Source: Candidatus Parcubacteria bacterium
GTDB lineage: Bacteria; Patescibacteriota; Minisyncoccia; SURF-38
Direction: 5' to 3'
DNA: 64,000 nt
Assembly (NCBI GenBank): GCA_003599335.1
Contig: QZJN01000014.1
Span: 1,432 to 65,431 of the forward strand
Part shown: one piece after another, positions 9,721-17,485 of the stretch
How positions within the stretch are numbered: position 1 is the first letter of the stretch
Layout: each line of letters begins with the position of its first letter
Translations under genes and position numbers: made by a program
Notes under the pieces: model-generated
What the model saw: the letters and a program-made list of their open reading frames with translations, nothing else
The model's database searches: none
What the model was told of the DNA's origin: nothing

Positions 9721-10626
9721 TTGATGGCTAACTTATACGAATATAAGGATTCCAATATCCGTAAGACTTGGTTGCTTTTTACTTTTTTTCTGATTTTTAT
9801 TATTGCTCTTGGTTTTATTATAAGTCGGGCAATGGGCACAAACGCTGTTTTGATAGTCGCTGTTGTTTTTAGTTCTTCTATGAGTATTATCTCTTATTGG
9901 TATTCGGATAAAATAGTTTTAAGGCTTGCCGGCGCGAGAGAAATTAAAAAACAAGATGCCCCCGAGCTTTATAGGATTATTGAAAATTTAAGCATCACGG
10001 CAGGCTTACCAACTCCGAAAGTTTTTATCATTCAGGATGCTGCACCAAATGCATTTGCGACCGGTAGAGACGCGGAGCATGCCGTTGTTGCCGTTACGAC
10101 AGGCTTACTCGATGTTTTGGAAAAGCCTGAATTAGAAGGAGTTATTGGCCACGAACTTTCCCATATAGGAAATCGTGATATGTTAATTTCAACCGTGGTG
10201 GTTGTTTTGGTTGGTTTTGTCGCTTTATTATCTGATTTTTTCTTAAGATCTTTGTGGTTTCGCGGTTTTGGAGGACGGAGCGACCGCTCGCAAGTTGGTG
10301 GAATTTTTTTGCTTATTGGAATTATTTTAGCGATTTTGTCTCCATTAATAGCAACTCTGATTCAGCTTGCCATATCACGCCGGAGAGAATTTTTGGCAGA
10401 CACATCGAGCGCTTTATTGACTAGATACCCGGAGGGTTTAATATCTGCTTTACGCAAGATTGATAGAAGTCCTCATCAGCTACGAAGAGCCTCAAGTGCA
10501 ACGGCTCATATGTATATAGCCAATCCGTTTAAAGGAGGAGATGCGCTGCACGGTCTTCATAAATTGTTTCTGACGCATCCGCCGGTTGAAGAACGGGTCA
10601 AATCATTGCAGGGATTAAAAATTTAA
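9721..10626 (+). CDS. htpX: Zinc metalloprotease HtpX (M48)
   Basis: HELSHIGNRD (HExxH) motif and multi-TM M48 architecture. The conserved LemA-HtpX gene pair is present. Confidence 0.85.
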   Translation: MMANLYEYKDSNIRKTWLLFTFFLIFIIALGFIISRAMGTNAVLIVAVVFSSSMSIISYWYSDKIVLRLAGAREIKKQDAPELYRIIENLSITAGLPTPKVFIIQDAAPNAFATGRDAEHAVVAVTTGLLDVLEKPELEGVIGHELSHIGNRDMLISTVVVVLVGFVALLSDFFLRSLWFRGFGGRSDRSQVGGIFLLIGIILAILSPLIATLIQLAISRRREFLADTSSALLTRYPEGLISALRKIDRSPHQLRRASSATAHMYIANPFKGGDALHGLHKLFLTHPPVEERVKSLQGLKI

Positions 10627-10627
10627 A

Positions 10628-10717
10628 GGAAGGGTCGCATAGTGGTCTAGTGCGCTCGCTTGGAAAGCGAGTAAGGGGTTACTCCCTTCGCGAGTTCGAA
10701 TCTCGCCCCTTCCGCCA
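10628..10717 (+). tRNA. tRNA-Ser (anticodon GGA) with long variable arm and encoded CCA
   Basis: Acceptor stem GGAAGGG/CCCTTCC, anticodon stem-loop CTCGC-TTGGAAA-GCGAG, long variable arm, T-arm GAGTTCGAATCTC, and a 3' GCCA. Confidence 0.85.
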
Positions 10718-10725
10718 AAAAAGAT

Positions 10726-11124
10726 ATGATCAAGTATTTTATCTCTTATATAGGGGCGCTTGTCTCTCTTTTTGTTCTCGATGGCCTTTGGCTGAAAGTT
10801 ATTGCTAAGGATTTTTATCAAAAAAATCTTGGGTTTCTTTTTTCTTCTCAGATAAATTGGCTGCCAATTCTTATTTTCTATCCGCTTTATGCTCTTGGTA
10901 TTTTCTTTTTTGTCTTAAAGCCTTCTTTTGAGGGAGTTTCTTTATGGCAGGTTTTTATGAGGGGAGCTTTTTTTGGTCTTATCGCTTACGCGGCATACGA
11001 TCTGACAAATCATGCAACTATTAAAGACTGGCCGGCCCTGGTTACATTTGTTGATATGGGTTGGGGTGCTTTAATCACCGCTATTGCAAGCGTGGTCGCA
11101 ATTTTATTGGCGGGGTTGCTTTAG
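10726..11124 (+). CDS. Hypothetical membrane protein (4 TM; DUF2177-like)
   Basis: Hydrophobic 132-aa ORF directly after the tRNA. Confidence 0.55.
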   Translation: MIKYFISYIGALVSLFVLDGLWLKVIAKDFYQKNLGFLFSSQINWLPILIFYPLYALGIFFFVLKPSFEGVSLWQVFMRGAFFGLIAYAAYDLTNHATIKDWPALVTFVDMGWGALITAIASVVAILLAGLL

Positions 11125-11414
11125 TGGGCAGTTTCACACGATTCAATTTATGGGAGGGGATATACTGGATATTTTTGGCCGCTTTGGCCATCTTTCTTTT
11201 TCATTGGAGCAAGGTTCCTGAAAAATATAAGAGAATTTTATTGGCGGCCTCAATCACACTTTTTCTTTTTGGCATTTCCGATTTTGTGGAAATAAAAACA
11301 ATGGGCTTTTGGGAGTCTGGTCTGTGGTGGCTTTTGGCTTGGAAAGCGGTTTGTCTCGTTGCTTTATTTGTCATAACCATTTGGTTTTTCAAGGCGTGGC
11401 TAAAGCGGCCATAA
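11124..11414 (+). CDS. Small membrane protein
   Basis: Hydrophobic ORF. A GTG start overlaps the upstream stop by 1 nt (taGTG), which fits better than the track start at 11061 that runs through the upstream gene. Confidence 0.45.
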   Translation: MGSFTRFNLWEGIYWIFLAALAIFLFHWSKVPEKYKRILLAASITLFLFGISDFVEIKTMGFWESGLWWLLAWKAVCLVALFVITIWFFKAWLKRP

Positions 11415-11476
11415 ATTTAGTTAGTTAAAATCTATTTATAAGTCAATGCATTAAAGTTGTCAGCGGTAGCCCGTCA

Positions 11477-11512
11477 GCCATTGCCGGTTAATATCTATTA
11501 ACCGGCAATGGC
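11477..11512. repeat. Perfect 36-bp palindrome GCCATTGCCGGTTAATA-TC-TATTAACCGGCAATGGC, followed by TTTTAT
   Basis: Read directly from the sequence. It sits 55 nt upstream of the HTH gene and can also act as a terminator for the upstream operon. Confidence 0.8.
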
Positions 11513-11566
11513 TTTTATGGTAGATTAAAGATACTTTAAGAAGTTAAAAGGTATTAGATTTGTTTT

Positions 11567-11773
11567 ATGAAAAAGCGGTTTATATCTTCTATGGAGTTGG
11601 CAAAGCTTATTGGCATAAGCCATGTCGCGGCATATAAGAAAATTTTGCGAGGCGAAATTAAGGCAGAAAAAGTTGGAAGAAATTTTATAATACCCGTTCG
11701 TGAGTTGCCCTTTAAAGTTTCGGTTAGACGAAACAACAAAATCCAATGGCGCATACTCCAACATCCGCAGTAA
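11567..11773 (+). CDS. Excisionase-family/MerR-like helix-turn-helix DNA-binding protein
   Basis: 68 aa; MELAKLIGISHVAAYKKILRGEIKAEKVGRNFIIPVREL matches the excisionase-family HTH pattern. Confidence 0.6.
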   Translation: MKKRFISSMELAKLIGISHVAAYKKILRGEIKAEKVGRNFIIPVRELPFKVSVRRNNKIQWRILQHPQ

Positions 11774-11827
11774 AGTTACGCCTTATTTAAACCTTTTAGG
11801 TCTTTACTTGATTTGATCCCTATTCCT

Positions 11828-11861
11828 AAATCGCCGGTTAATAACTGTTAACCGGCGATTT
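11828..11861. repeat. Palindrome AAATCGCCGGTTAA-taactg-TTAACCGGCGATTT sharing the GCCGGTTAATA core with 11477-11512
   Basis: Read directly from the sequence, 55 nt downstream of the HTH gene. Confidence 0.75.
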
Positions 11862-11924
11862 AGCTGTCTGCTATTGCTTGCTATATTTATATTTTGCATT
11901 GAAAGTTAGTTTAGTCGTTGACTT

Positions 11925-13274
11925 TTGAGGAAACGCCAATATATACTGCCTTCAAAACACATGCCCGCAAATTGGAAAATATTTGCCGGAGGGGCTATGG
12001 TGATAACTCTATTTTTAATTTTTTCTCACGGCGTTTCCGCTCAAACGCTTGGTTGGGTAAAGGAAAGCACTAACGCAGCTCCCTTTGCCGAATTTCTTCA
12101 CGAGATGGTCTACGATGCTGCCCGTCAAGAGGTTATCTTATTTGGAGGCGTATATAACCCATCTTTTAATTTGTTTCCGTTGCTGGACCATACGGTAGCT
12201 TGGAACGGCACAACCTGGGTTTCAAAAACTCCTTCGGTGAGTCCTCCTCCTCGAATAGAGCACGGGATGGCCTACGATGGCGCCCGTCAAGAAGTTATTT
12301 TATTTGGAGGGGGCACTGCTCCAGGCTTGTTTATAAACCGCACCCCACTCAACGACACTTGGATTTGGGATGGGGCAACATGGCAACAAAAATTCCCAAG
12401 TAATAGCCCTACTCCTCGGAGTAATTTTGGCATGGCTTACGATGCAGAGCGCAATGAAACGATTTTGTTTGGAGGACAAGATCCTGCTCCAACTCTAACA
12501 TGCTGTCTCCAAGATGACACTTGGGCCTGGAACGGAACAGATTGGTTCCAAAAGTCTCCAACCTTAAGTCCGTCCAGGCGTTCTCATCACCAGATGGTCT
12601 ACGACTCTGCCAGAAAACAAATTATTCTGTTTGGCGGCATCGATGCCAGTGGCCAACTTCTCAATGATATTTGGGTTTGGGATGGTACAAATTGGGAATT
12701 GAAATCTTCAACCACAAGCCCTTCGTTAAGGACTAATTTTGCAATGACGTTTGATGAGTCCTTGCAGAAAGTCGTTTTGTACGGTGGGCAAGGAACGGCA
12801 GGAAGTTTAGATGATACATGGGTATGGGACGGTAATGATTGGGCTCAACTTTCTGTCTCAAGCAAGCCGCCACCGCAACGGCTCCACGATATGGTTTATG
12901 ATGCTTCACGCAAGGAAATAGTTATGTACGGAGGAGATGGCGCTCTTCGCGAAACTTGGACACTGCCGACCGGTTCTCAAAAACGCCCGGTCATCCTAAT
13001 CCCGGGGATATTAGGAAGTTGGGAGAAAGACGGCGAACTGGCGCTTGATCCAATTTTGCACACCTACGACAATTTATGGGAGGCTCTAAAGTTAGCCGGT
13101 TATGAAGAAGATAAAGACTTATTTGCTTTTCCTTATAATTGGAGATCTTCGAATAACCTTACAAGTTTATCTCTTAAACAAAAGATTGAGGACGTAAAGA
13201 ATATCTGCCAATGTCTAAAAGTGGACATTGTTGGGCATAGTATGGGCGGATTGCTTGCGCGATCATATATTTAG
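11925..13274 (+). CDS. Kelch-repeat beta-propeller protein fused to the N-terminal half of an alpha/beta-hydrolase (lipase) domain; ends at an in-frame TAG
   Basis: Signal/TM N-terminus, then six repeats of the pattern AYD..R.E.ILFGG...NDTW.WDG..W (Kelch). The lipase core GHSMGGLLARSYI follows and is cut immediately by TAG at 13272-13274. Confidence 0.6.
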   Translation: MRKRQYILPSKHMPANWKIFAGGAMVITLFLIFSHGVSAQTLGWVKESTNAAPFAEFLHEMVYDAARQEVILFGGVYNPSFNLFPLLDHTVAWNGTTWVSKTPSVSPPPRIEHGMAYDGARQEVILFGGGTAPGLFINRTPLNDTWIWDGATWQQKFPSNSPTPRSNFGMAYDAERNETILFGGQDPAPTLTCCLQDDTWAWNGTDWFQKSPTLSPSRRSHHQMVYDSARKQIILFGGIDASGQLLNDIWVWDGTNWELKSSTTSPSLRTNFAMTFDESLQKVVLYGGQGTAGSLDDTWVWDGNDWAQLSVSSKPPPQRLHDMVYDASRKEIVMYGGDGALRETWTLPTGSQKRPVILIPGILGSWEKDGELALDPILHTYDNLWEALKLAGYEEDKDLFAFPYNWRSSNNLTSLSLKQKIEDVKNICQCLKVDIVGHSMGGLLARSYI

Positions 13275-13319
13275 GGCGGAGATTATCAAAGTGACGTTGA
13301 AAAGTTAATTTTTCTTGGG

Positions 13320-14576
13320 GTGCCACACCTTGGTTCGCCAAGAGCTTATTTAGCATGGGAAGCTGGAGAGTTTGGAACCGGTCCATTTAATTTTATTAGG
13401 GAAAATCTACTAACCCTAGAAGCTATAAGTGGTGGTTATGGAAGCCTTTTTAATTATGTTAAAAATTTGCCAATTTTATCAATTCAAGAACTCTTGCCAA
13501 TTTATGACTACCTGCGCGAAGATAGTACTCTTCAACTAAGGCAATATCCAAATAATTATCCACGCAATATCTTCCTTGAAATCTTAAACGAGCAATTATT
13601 AGTTGATAGGCTGGATGGTCTAGATGTAACAAATATTATCGCCGATGCTGGGCAACAAAGCACCATTAAGTCATTTAGGATAGTAAATCAACAATTTTTG
13701 GACGGTAAATGGGAGCATGGTTATCCAGAAAATTATGGCGTGCCATTTACAGATCAAGGTTTAGAGGTTGGCCCAGGAGATAATACGGTTCCAGAAGATA
13801 GTAACTCAAACTTTTCTAATGCAGAAGAAATTATTATACAAAGTGACCACGACGGTATAGTTACCGATGCCCAGAAAGCTATTATTAAGGAACTGACTGG
13901 TGTCGAGCCAACGCAGGAAGTGCGACTCAATTTCTTTCAAAAGTATCTTATGATACGAATTTTTTCACCGGCTGATTTTGTGGTTATAGCCCCAGACGGT
14001 AAAAGGCTTGGTAAGGATTTTGCATCAGGTCAAGTTTTAGAAGAGATATCGAGTGCTTTTTACAGCGGATTTAATACAAACGTTGAGTTTGCGGTTATTC
14101 CAGATCCTATTGATGGGCAATATCAGATTGAGTTGCAGGGAACCGGAGATGGCTCTTATAGATTAGTTACAAGTTATATTGATGAGCAAACTGATATTGA
14201 TAATGAATTTTACGGCGCCATCAGCACAATTCAGGAACTTGAATTTATTTTTGATTATAATTCCCAAAATCAAAATCCCGTAAGCGAGTTAGAAATCATT
14301 TACTCGTTGAATGATTTTAGAGATGATATTGAAAAAGCATATCAGTTGGGATGGATAAGTAAAGAAAGCGTAAGGGGTCAGTTCATTCATCAGGCAGATA
14401 GTTTAGATAAGAAATTGGGAATTATAATTGAGCCTCATGCTCGTGCAAACGTTATTGGTAACTCACTTAATGTCATTAAAAACATCGCTAATGCACATCT
14501 TAAGAGCAGTTCAATAAATCAGCTAGCTTATGATATGATAATAAGTAGCATTGATTACTTACTAAATAATTTATGA
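13320..14576 (+). CDS. Continuation of the lipase domain (IFLGVPHLGSP...) plus a C-terminal domain; same frame as 11925-13274
   Basis: The frame is continuous with the upstream ORF (13275 onward reads GGDYQSDVEKLIFLGVPHLGSP). There is no SD before GTG 13320, so this is probably not an independent gene. Confidence 0.45.
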   Translation: MPHLGSPRAYLAWEAGEFGTGPFNFIRENLLTLEAISGGYGSLFNYVKNLPILSIQELLPIYDYLREDSTLQLRQYPNNYPRNIFLEILNEQLLVDRLDGLDVTNIIADAGQQSTIKSFRIVNQQFLDGKWEHGYPENYGVPFTDQGLEVGPGDNTVPEDSNSNFSNAEEIIIQSDHDGIVTDAQKAIIKELTGVEPTQEVRLNFFQKYLMIRIFSPADFVVIAPDGKRLGKDFASGQVLEEISSAFYSGFNTNVEFAVIPDPIDGQYQIELQGTGDGSYRLVTSYIDEQTDIDNEFYGAISTIQELEFIFDYNSQNQNPVSELEIIYSLNDFRDDIEKAYQLGWISKESVRGQFIHQADSLDKKLGIIIEPHARANVIGNSLNVIKNIANAHLKSSSINQLAYDMIISSIDYLLNNL

Positions 14577-14950
14577 ATTATCTCAAAAACAAATGGATAA
14601 TTTTAACCTTGAGCATTGTTTTATCTTTTATCGCCGCTAAATTTATTGGGCAGATATATTTCAAAACTTTTAATTCAATAACAGGAGGGCTAGGACCTCA
14701 ACCTTCTTGTCCTGAATGTATAACCGGCTTTCTGTTAAGTTATCTTTTTTTTGTTAGTCTGCTTTTAAACTTACTTCTTTTCGGACAAATAAAAAAATTT
14801 TGGATTATTTCGCTACTCCCGATTCTTATAATCTTACTTAATCCACCCTACGAAGAATTGATAGCCGGGATAATCTTAGTAGTTGTGGGTTTTCTATTAG
14901 CGCAGTTGATTTTGTGGGTTAGGCGAATAGTAAAAGGATATAATCACTAA
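14573..14950 (+). CDS. Hypothetical membrane protein (CPEC motif)
   Basis: Hydrophobic 125-aa ORF with an ATGA overlap onto the upstream ORF. Confidence 0.5.
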   Translation: MNYLKNKWIILTLSIVLSFIAAKFIGQIYFKTFNSITGGLGPQPSCPECITGFLLSYLFFVSLLLNLLLFGQIKKFWIISLLPILIILLNPPYEELIAGIILVVVGFLLAQLILWVRRIVKGYNH

Positions 14951-14959
14951 ATTTTAAAT

Positions 14960-16075
14960 ATGAAATATTTTGTTTTAATTATTATTGTTGGGTTTTTTGC
15001 CCCCACGGCAATGGCTCAGGTGAATTATTATTCAACAGATGCGGTGCTTAAAGTTGAAGCCGTGCCTGTTGAATCGGAAACGGTTTCTTACGACAAGATA
15101 AGCGCTGTTGTAGGTAAAGCCTTTGTGCTTGATGGCACGAAAAGCGTTGATGAAGGCGCCGTTAGGAGTTTCCAATGGAGGCAAGTGAGCGGACCTTTTA
15201 AATTTACAACCCAAGATGGCGCAATTGTGTCTTTTACGCCAAATATTGCCGGGACATATGTTTTTGAGTTGGTTGTCACGGATAATACGGGATTAAGCTC
15301 AATTGCGAGAAAAACAACGGTCGTTGTTGCAAGCCCGGAAAGCATATTCCAGCCAAACGAAACAAATATGGATTTTCTCAAAGCTCCAGCCAAACTTATT
15401 GAGGGCGATCCTGACAGGCCTATTATTCAGGGAGCTGTGCCGAATCAAACAAAAGAATCTGGCGAAAAAGGAGGAACAGAAGATATTAATATCGGAGTTG
15501 GCGAATTGCAGGAAGGAGAGGATTTGGATCTTGAATTGAAAAATCCCGTGAGCATAAAAGCCGTTGAGGTGCGCGGATGGGATCCGCAACAAAAACAAGA
15601 TTTTTTGGGGACTGTTAAGGAATTTGCCGAAGTTAAATCCGAGCAAGACCTTGAAAATTTTGCCAAAGGAGCGCTGATTGAAGATGAAAATTTGGATAAT
15701 ATCGCAATAGGAGAAGAGGGTGTGCAGATTGCCTATAAAATGCCAGCCAAGTTTTTGGGAGTTTTTAACGTTTCTATAAAACTTGACGGTGAAGTTGATG
15801 ATGAAGGCCAAGTGAAAATAAAATATCCCTGGTATGGGTTTTTATTCCGCAAGCAAGTGAAGGCTTCCGATGTTCAGGCAGAGGCTGAAAAAGCTGTTTC
15901 TGGTATTAAACAAACAATACAAACCCAAGTGAAATTAGCCGACAGCGAGGGCGACCTTGCAAGCCTTGAGCTTCAGGCAAAAATTCAGCAGCTTGCCCAA
16001 ACTTTTCAAACATTGAGCAACATAATGAAAACAAAACACGACACGGCGATGAATGCAATTAGAAATATCCGTTAA
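14960..16075 (+). CDS. Secreted protein with a PKD/Ig-like domain, an acidic region and a coiled-coil C-terminus
   Basis: Signal peptide (AMAQV). PKD-like motif WRQVSGPFKF...GTYVFELVVTDNTG, followed by an E/D-rich and then a Q-rich coiled-coil tail. Confidence 0.55.
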   Translation: MKYFVLIIIVGFFAPTAMAQVNYYSTDAVLKVEAVPVESETVSYDKISAVVGKAFVLDGTKSVDEGAVRSFQWRQVSGPFKFTTQDGAIVSFTPNIAGTYVFELVVTDNTGLSSIARKTTVVVASPESIFQPNETNMDFLKAPAKLIEGDPDRPIIQGAVPNQTKESGEKGGTEDINIGVGELQEGEDLDLELKNPVSIKAVEVRGWDPQQKQDFLGTVKEFAEVKSEQDLENFAKGALIEDENLDNIAIGEEGVQIAYKMPAKFLGVFNVSIKLDGEVDDEGQVKIKYPWYGFLFRKQVKASDVQAEAEKAVSGIKQTIQTQVKLADSEGDLASLELQAKIQQLAQTFQTLSNIMKTKHDTAMNAIRNIR

Positions 16076-16084
16076 AACCAAAAA

Positions 16085-16120
16085 CAACATTCCAACATTC
16101 TGCAGAATGTTGGAATGTTG
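16085..16120. repeat. Perfect 36-bp palindrome CAACATTCCAACATTCTGCAGAATGTTGGAATGTTG (PstI-site centre)
   Basis: Read directly from the sequence. It lies between the PKD gene stop and the arsR start. Confidence 0.8.
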
Positions 16121-16144
16121 TGGGGAGTGTGATATACAGGAGGT

Positions 16145-16411
16145 ATGAAAACGGCTAAACAGTTGGAGAGATATTGTAAAGGCGCGGCAAACCACCGGCG
16201 CATCGCGATCTTATCTGTTGTTGAAAAAGAGAGCGGGATTACGCTTGAGGAAATTGCGGAGCGGCTGAGCGCCAACCTTAAAACTATCTCTCAGCATACC
16301 CGATCGTTGGTTCAGGCGGGGCTTTTGAGTAAAAAGTATCAAGGGCGCGCAGTGACTCATCAACTCTCGCCCTACGGAAGGGCTTTTGTCAGATTTCTAA
16401 AATCATTCTAA
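16145..16411 (+). CDS. ArsR/SmtB-family transcriptional regulator
   Basis: 88 aa; ANHRRIAILSVV...ITLEEIAERLSANLKTISQHTRSLVQAGLL is a typical ArsR winged-HTH. Confidence 0.7.
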   Translation: MKTAKQLERYCKGAANHRRIAILSVVEKESGITLEEIAERLSANLKTISQHTRSLVQAGLLSKKYQGRAVTHQLSPYGRAFVRFLKSF

Positions 16412-16434
16412 CATTCTGCAGAATGTTAGAATGA
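16403..16434. repeat. Perfect 32-bp palindrome TCATTCTAACATTCTGCAGAATGTTAGAATGA, overlapping the arsR stop
   Basis: Shares the 18-bp core AACATTCTGCAGAATGTT with 16085-16120. Confidence 0.8.
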
Positions 16435-16540
16435 TGTGGGGGTGGGGTGTGTGGGAGTTGGGGTGTGTGAGGGGATGGGCGCGAAGGTGTGTGGAGGTGT
16501 GAGAGAGTGGGTTGGTGGTGAAGGTTTGATTTTGATTGTG
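16435..16540 (+). repeat. GT-only low-complexity tract with many GGG/GGGG runs (G-quadruplex-prone)
   Basis: About 100 nt composed almost exclusively of G and T, of the form (GGGTGTGTG)n. Confidence 0.7.
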
Positions 16541-16615
16541 CAAAAGGCGTACAATACGGACATTGAAATACTTATTTAAATACGTATTTAACAAATGATT
16601 TATTACTTATAATGT

Positions 16616-16789
16616 ATGCGAAGAAAATTGAAGGAGAAAAATATACGAAAACTCGCCCGGATGGGCAACCGGAGTCTAGGATTAACCTTGCCGGTGGAGA
16701 TGGTTAATAAGCTAGGTTGGCGTGAAAAGCAGAAGGTGCTTTTGAGAATGAAAGGTAAACAGATAATCGTTAAAGATTGGAAGGGATAA
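16616..16789 (+). CDS. AbrB/SpoVT (MazE-like) swapped-hairpin DNA-binding protein, 57 aa
   Basis: Below the ORF-track cutoff. RKLARMGNRSLGLTLPVEMVNKLGWREKQKVLL fits the SpoVT/AbrB domain. The stop lies 3 nt before the next ORF, and a TATAAT box ends 2 nt before the ATG, so the transcript may be leaderless. Confidence 0.5.
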   Translation: MRRKLKEKNIRKLARMGNRSLGLTLPVEMVNKLGWREKQKVLLRMKGKQIIVKDWKG

Positions 16790-16792
16790 CTC

Positions 16793-17485
16793 ATGATTAC
16801 AAAAATCAAAAAATCTAATGACGCGACAGCTTATCTAAAAACTTCTGTTAATAAAATATTAAATTATTTACGGAAGATAGTTAGTAATAAAAAATTTAAT
16901 TATAGAACTTTCGGCACTAGTATAGAAGAACATCTTACCGATATTTTGGTTAAGTTATTTACGGAGGGTGGTTTTATAGAAAATAATAAAGATTACGTTG
17001 TTGCGCTCAATAAAAATTATTTCCCAGATTTTGAATTAAAAACCACGCCTCCACTTGCTATTGAGTTTAAATCTGGTAATAAGAGTCAGTATAGAAAGGA
17101 GAAGTGGGTTGTTGTTAAAAACAGCGAGAACGATATGGGAACATTAAATGAATGGCCACAAAAAATTAAGAAATTTGGCGGGGATAACATTTATTATATT
17201 TTCGTTATTTATAATTTTAATGATCAAACTGAAGAGGTTTTAAATGTTGAAATAGCTCCATTCTACCAATTTATAGGATTGAATAAGGGAAAGGTGCTTA
17301 AATATAGAGAGAAAGATGGCAACTTGAGGCCAAAAGATTTTGAATCTAATTCTCCTATAAAGACCTTAAAACAATTTGAAGATTTATTGAATAAAACTGT
17401 AATTTATAGATCTAAACGAGTAATCAAAAAACACCGTTCGATTATTAAAAAAGTTGCTCAAACTTCTAAAAAAGAGTTGGGCTAA
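16793..17485 (+). CDS. Putative PD-(D/E)xK nuclease (candidate Type II restriction endonuclease)
   Basis: 230 aa. Motif E(EEHLTD)...FPD-x12-EFK fits a PD-(D/E)xK catalytic core. The gene is convergent with, and overlaps by 20 nt, the DNA methyltransferase gene. Confidence 0.45.
   Translation: MITKIKKSNDATAYLKTSVNKILNYLRKIVSNKKFNYRTFGTSIEEHLTDILVKLFTEGGFIENNKDYVVALNKNYFPDFELKTTPPLAIEFKSGNKSQYRKEKWVVVKNSENDMGTLNEWPQKIKKFGGDNIYYIFVIYNFNDQTEEVLNVEIAPFYQFIGLNKGKVLKYREKDGNLRPKDFESNSPIKTLKQFEDLLNKTVIYRSKRVIKKHRSIIKKVAQTSKKELG

Noticed and set aside
13272-13274. TAG reassigned as a sense codon (alternative genetic code)
   Set aside because: TAG clearly terminates other well-conserved genes in the window (for example uvrA at 4621-4623), so a single nonsense mutation or error is more parsimonious.
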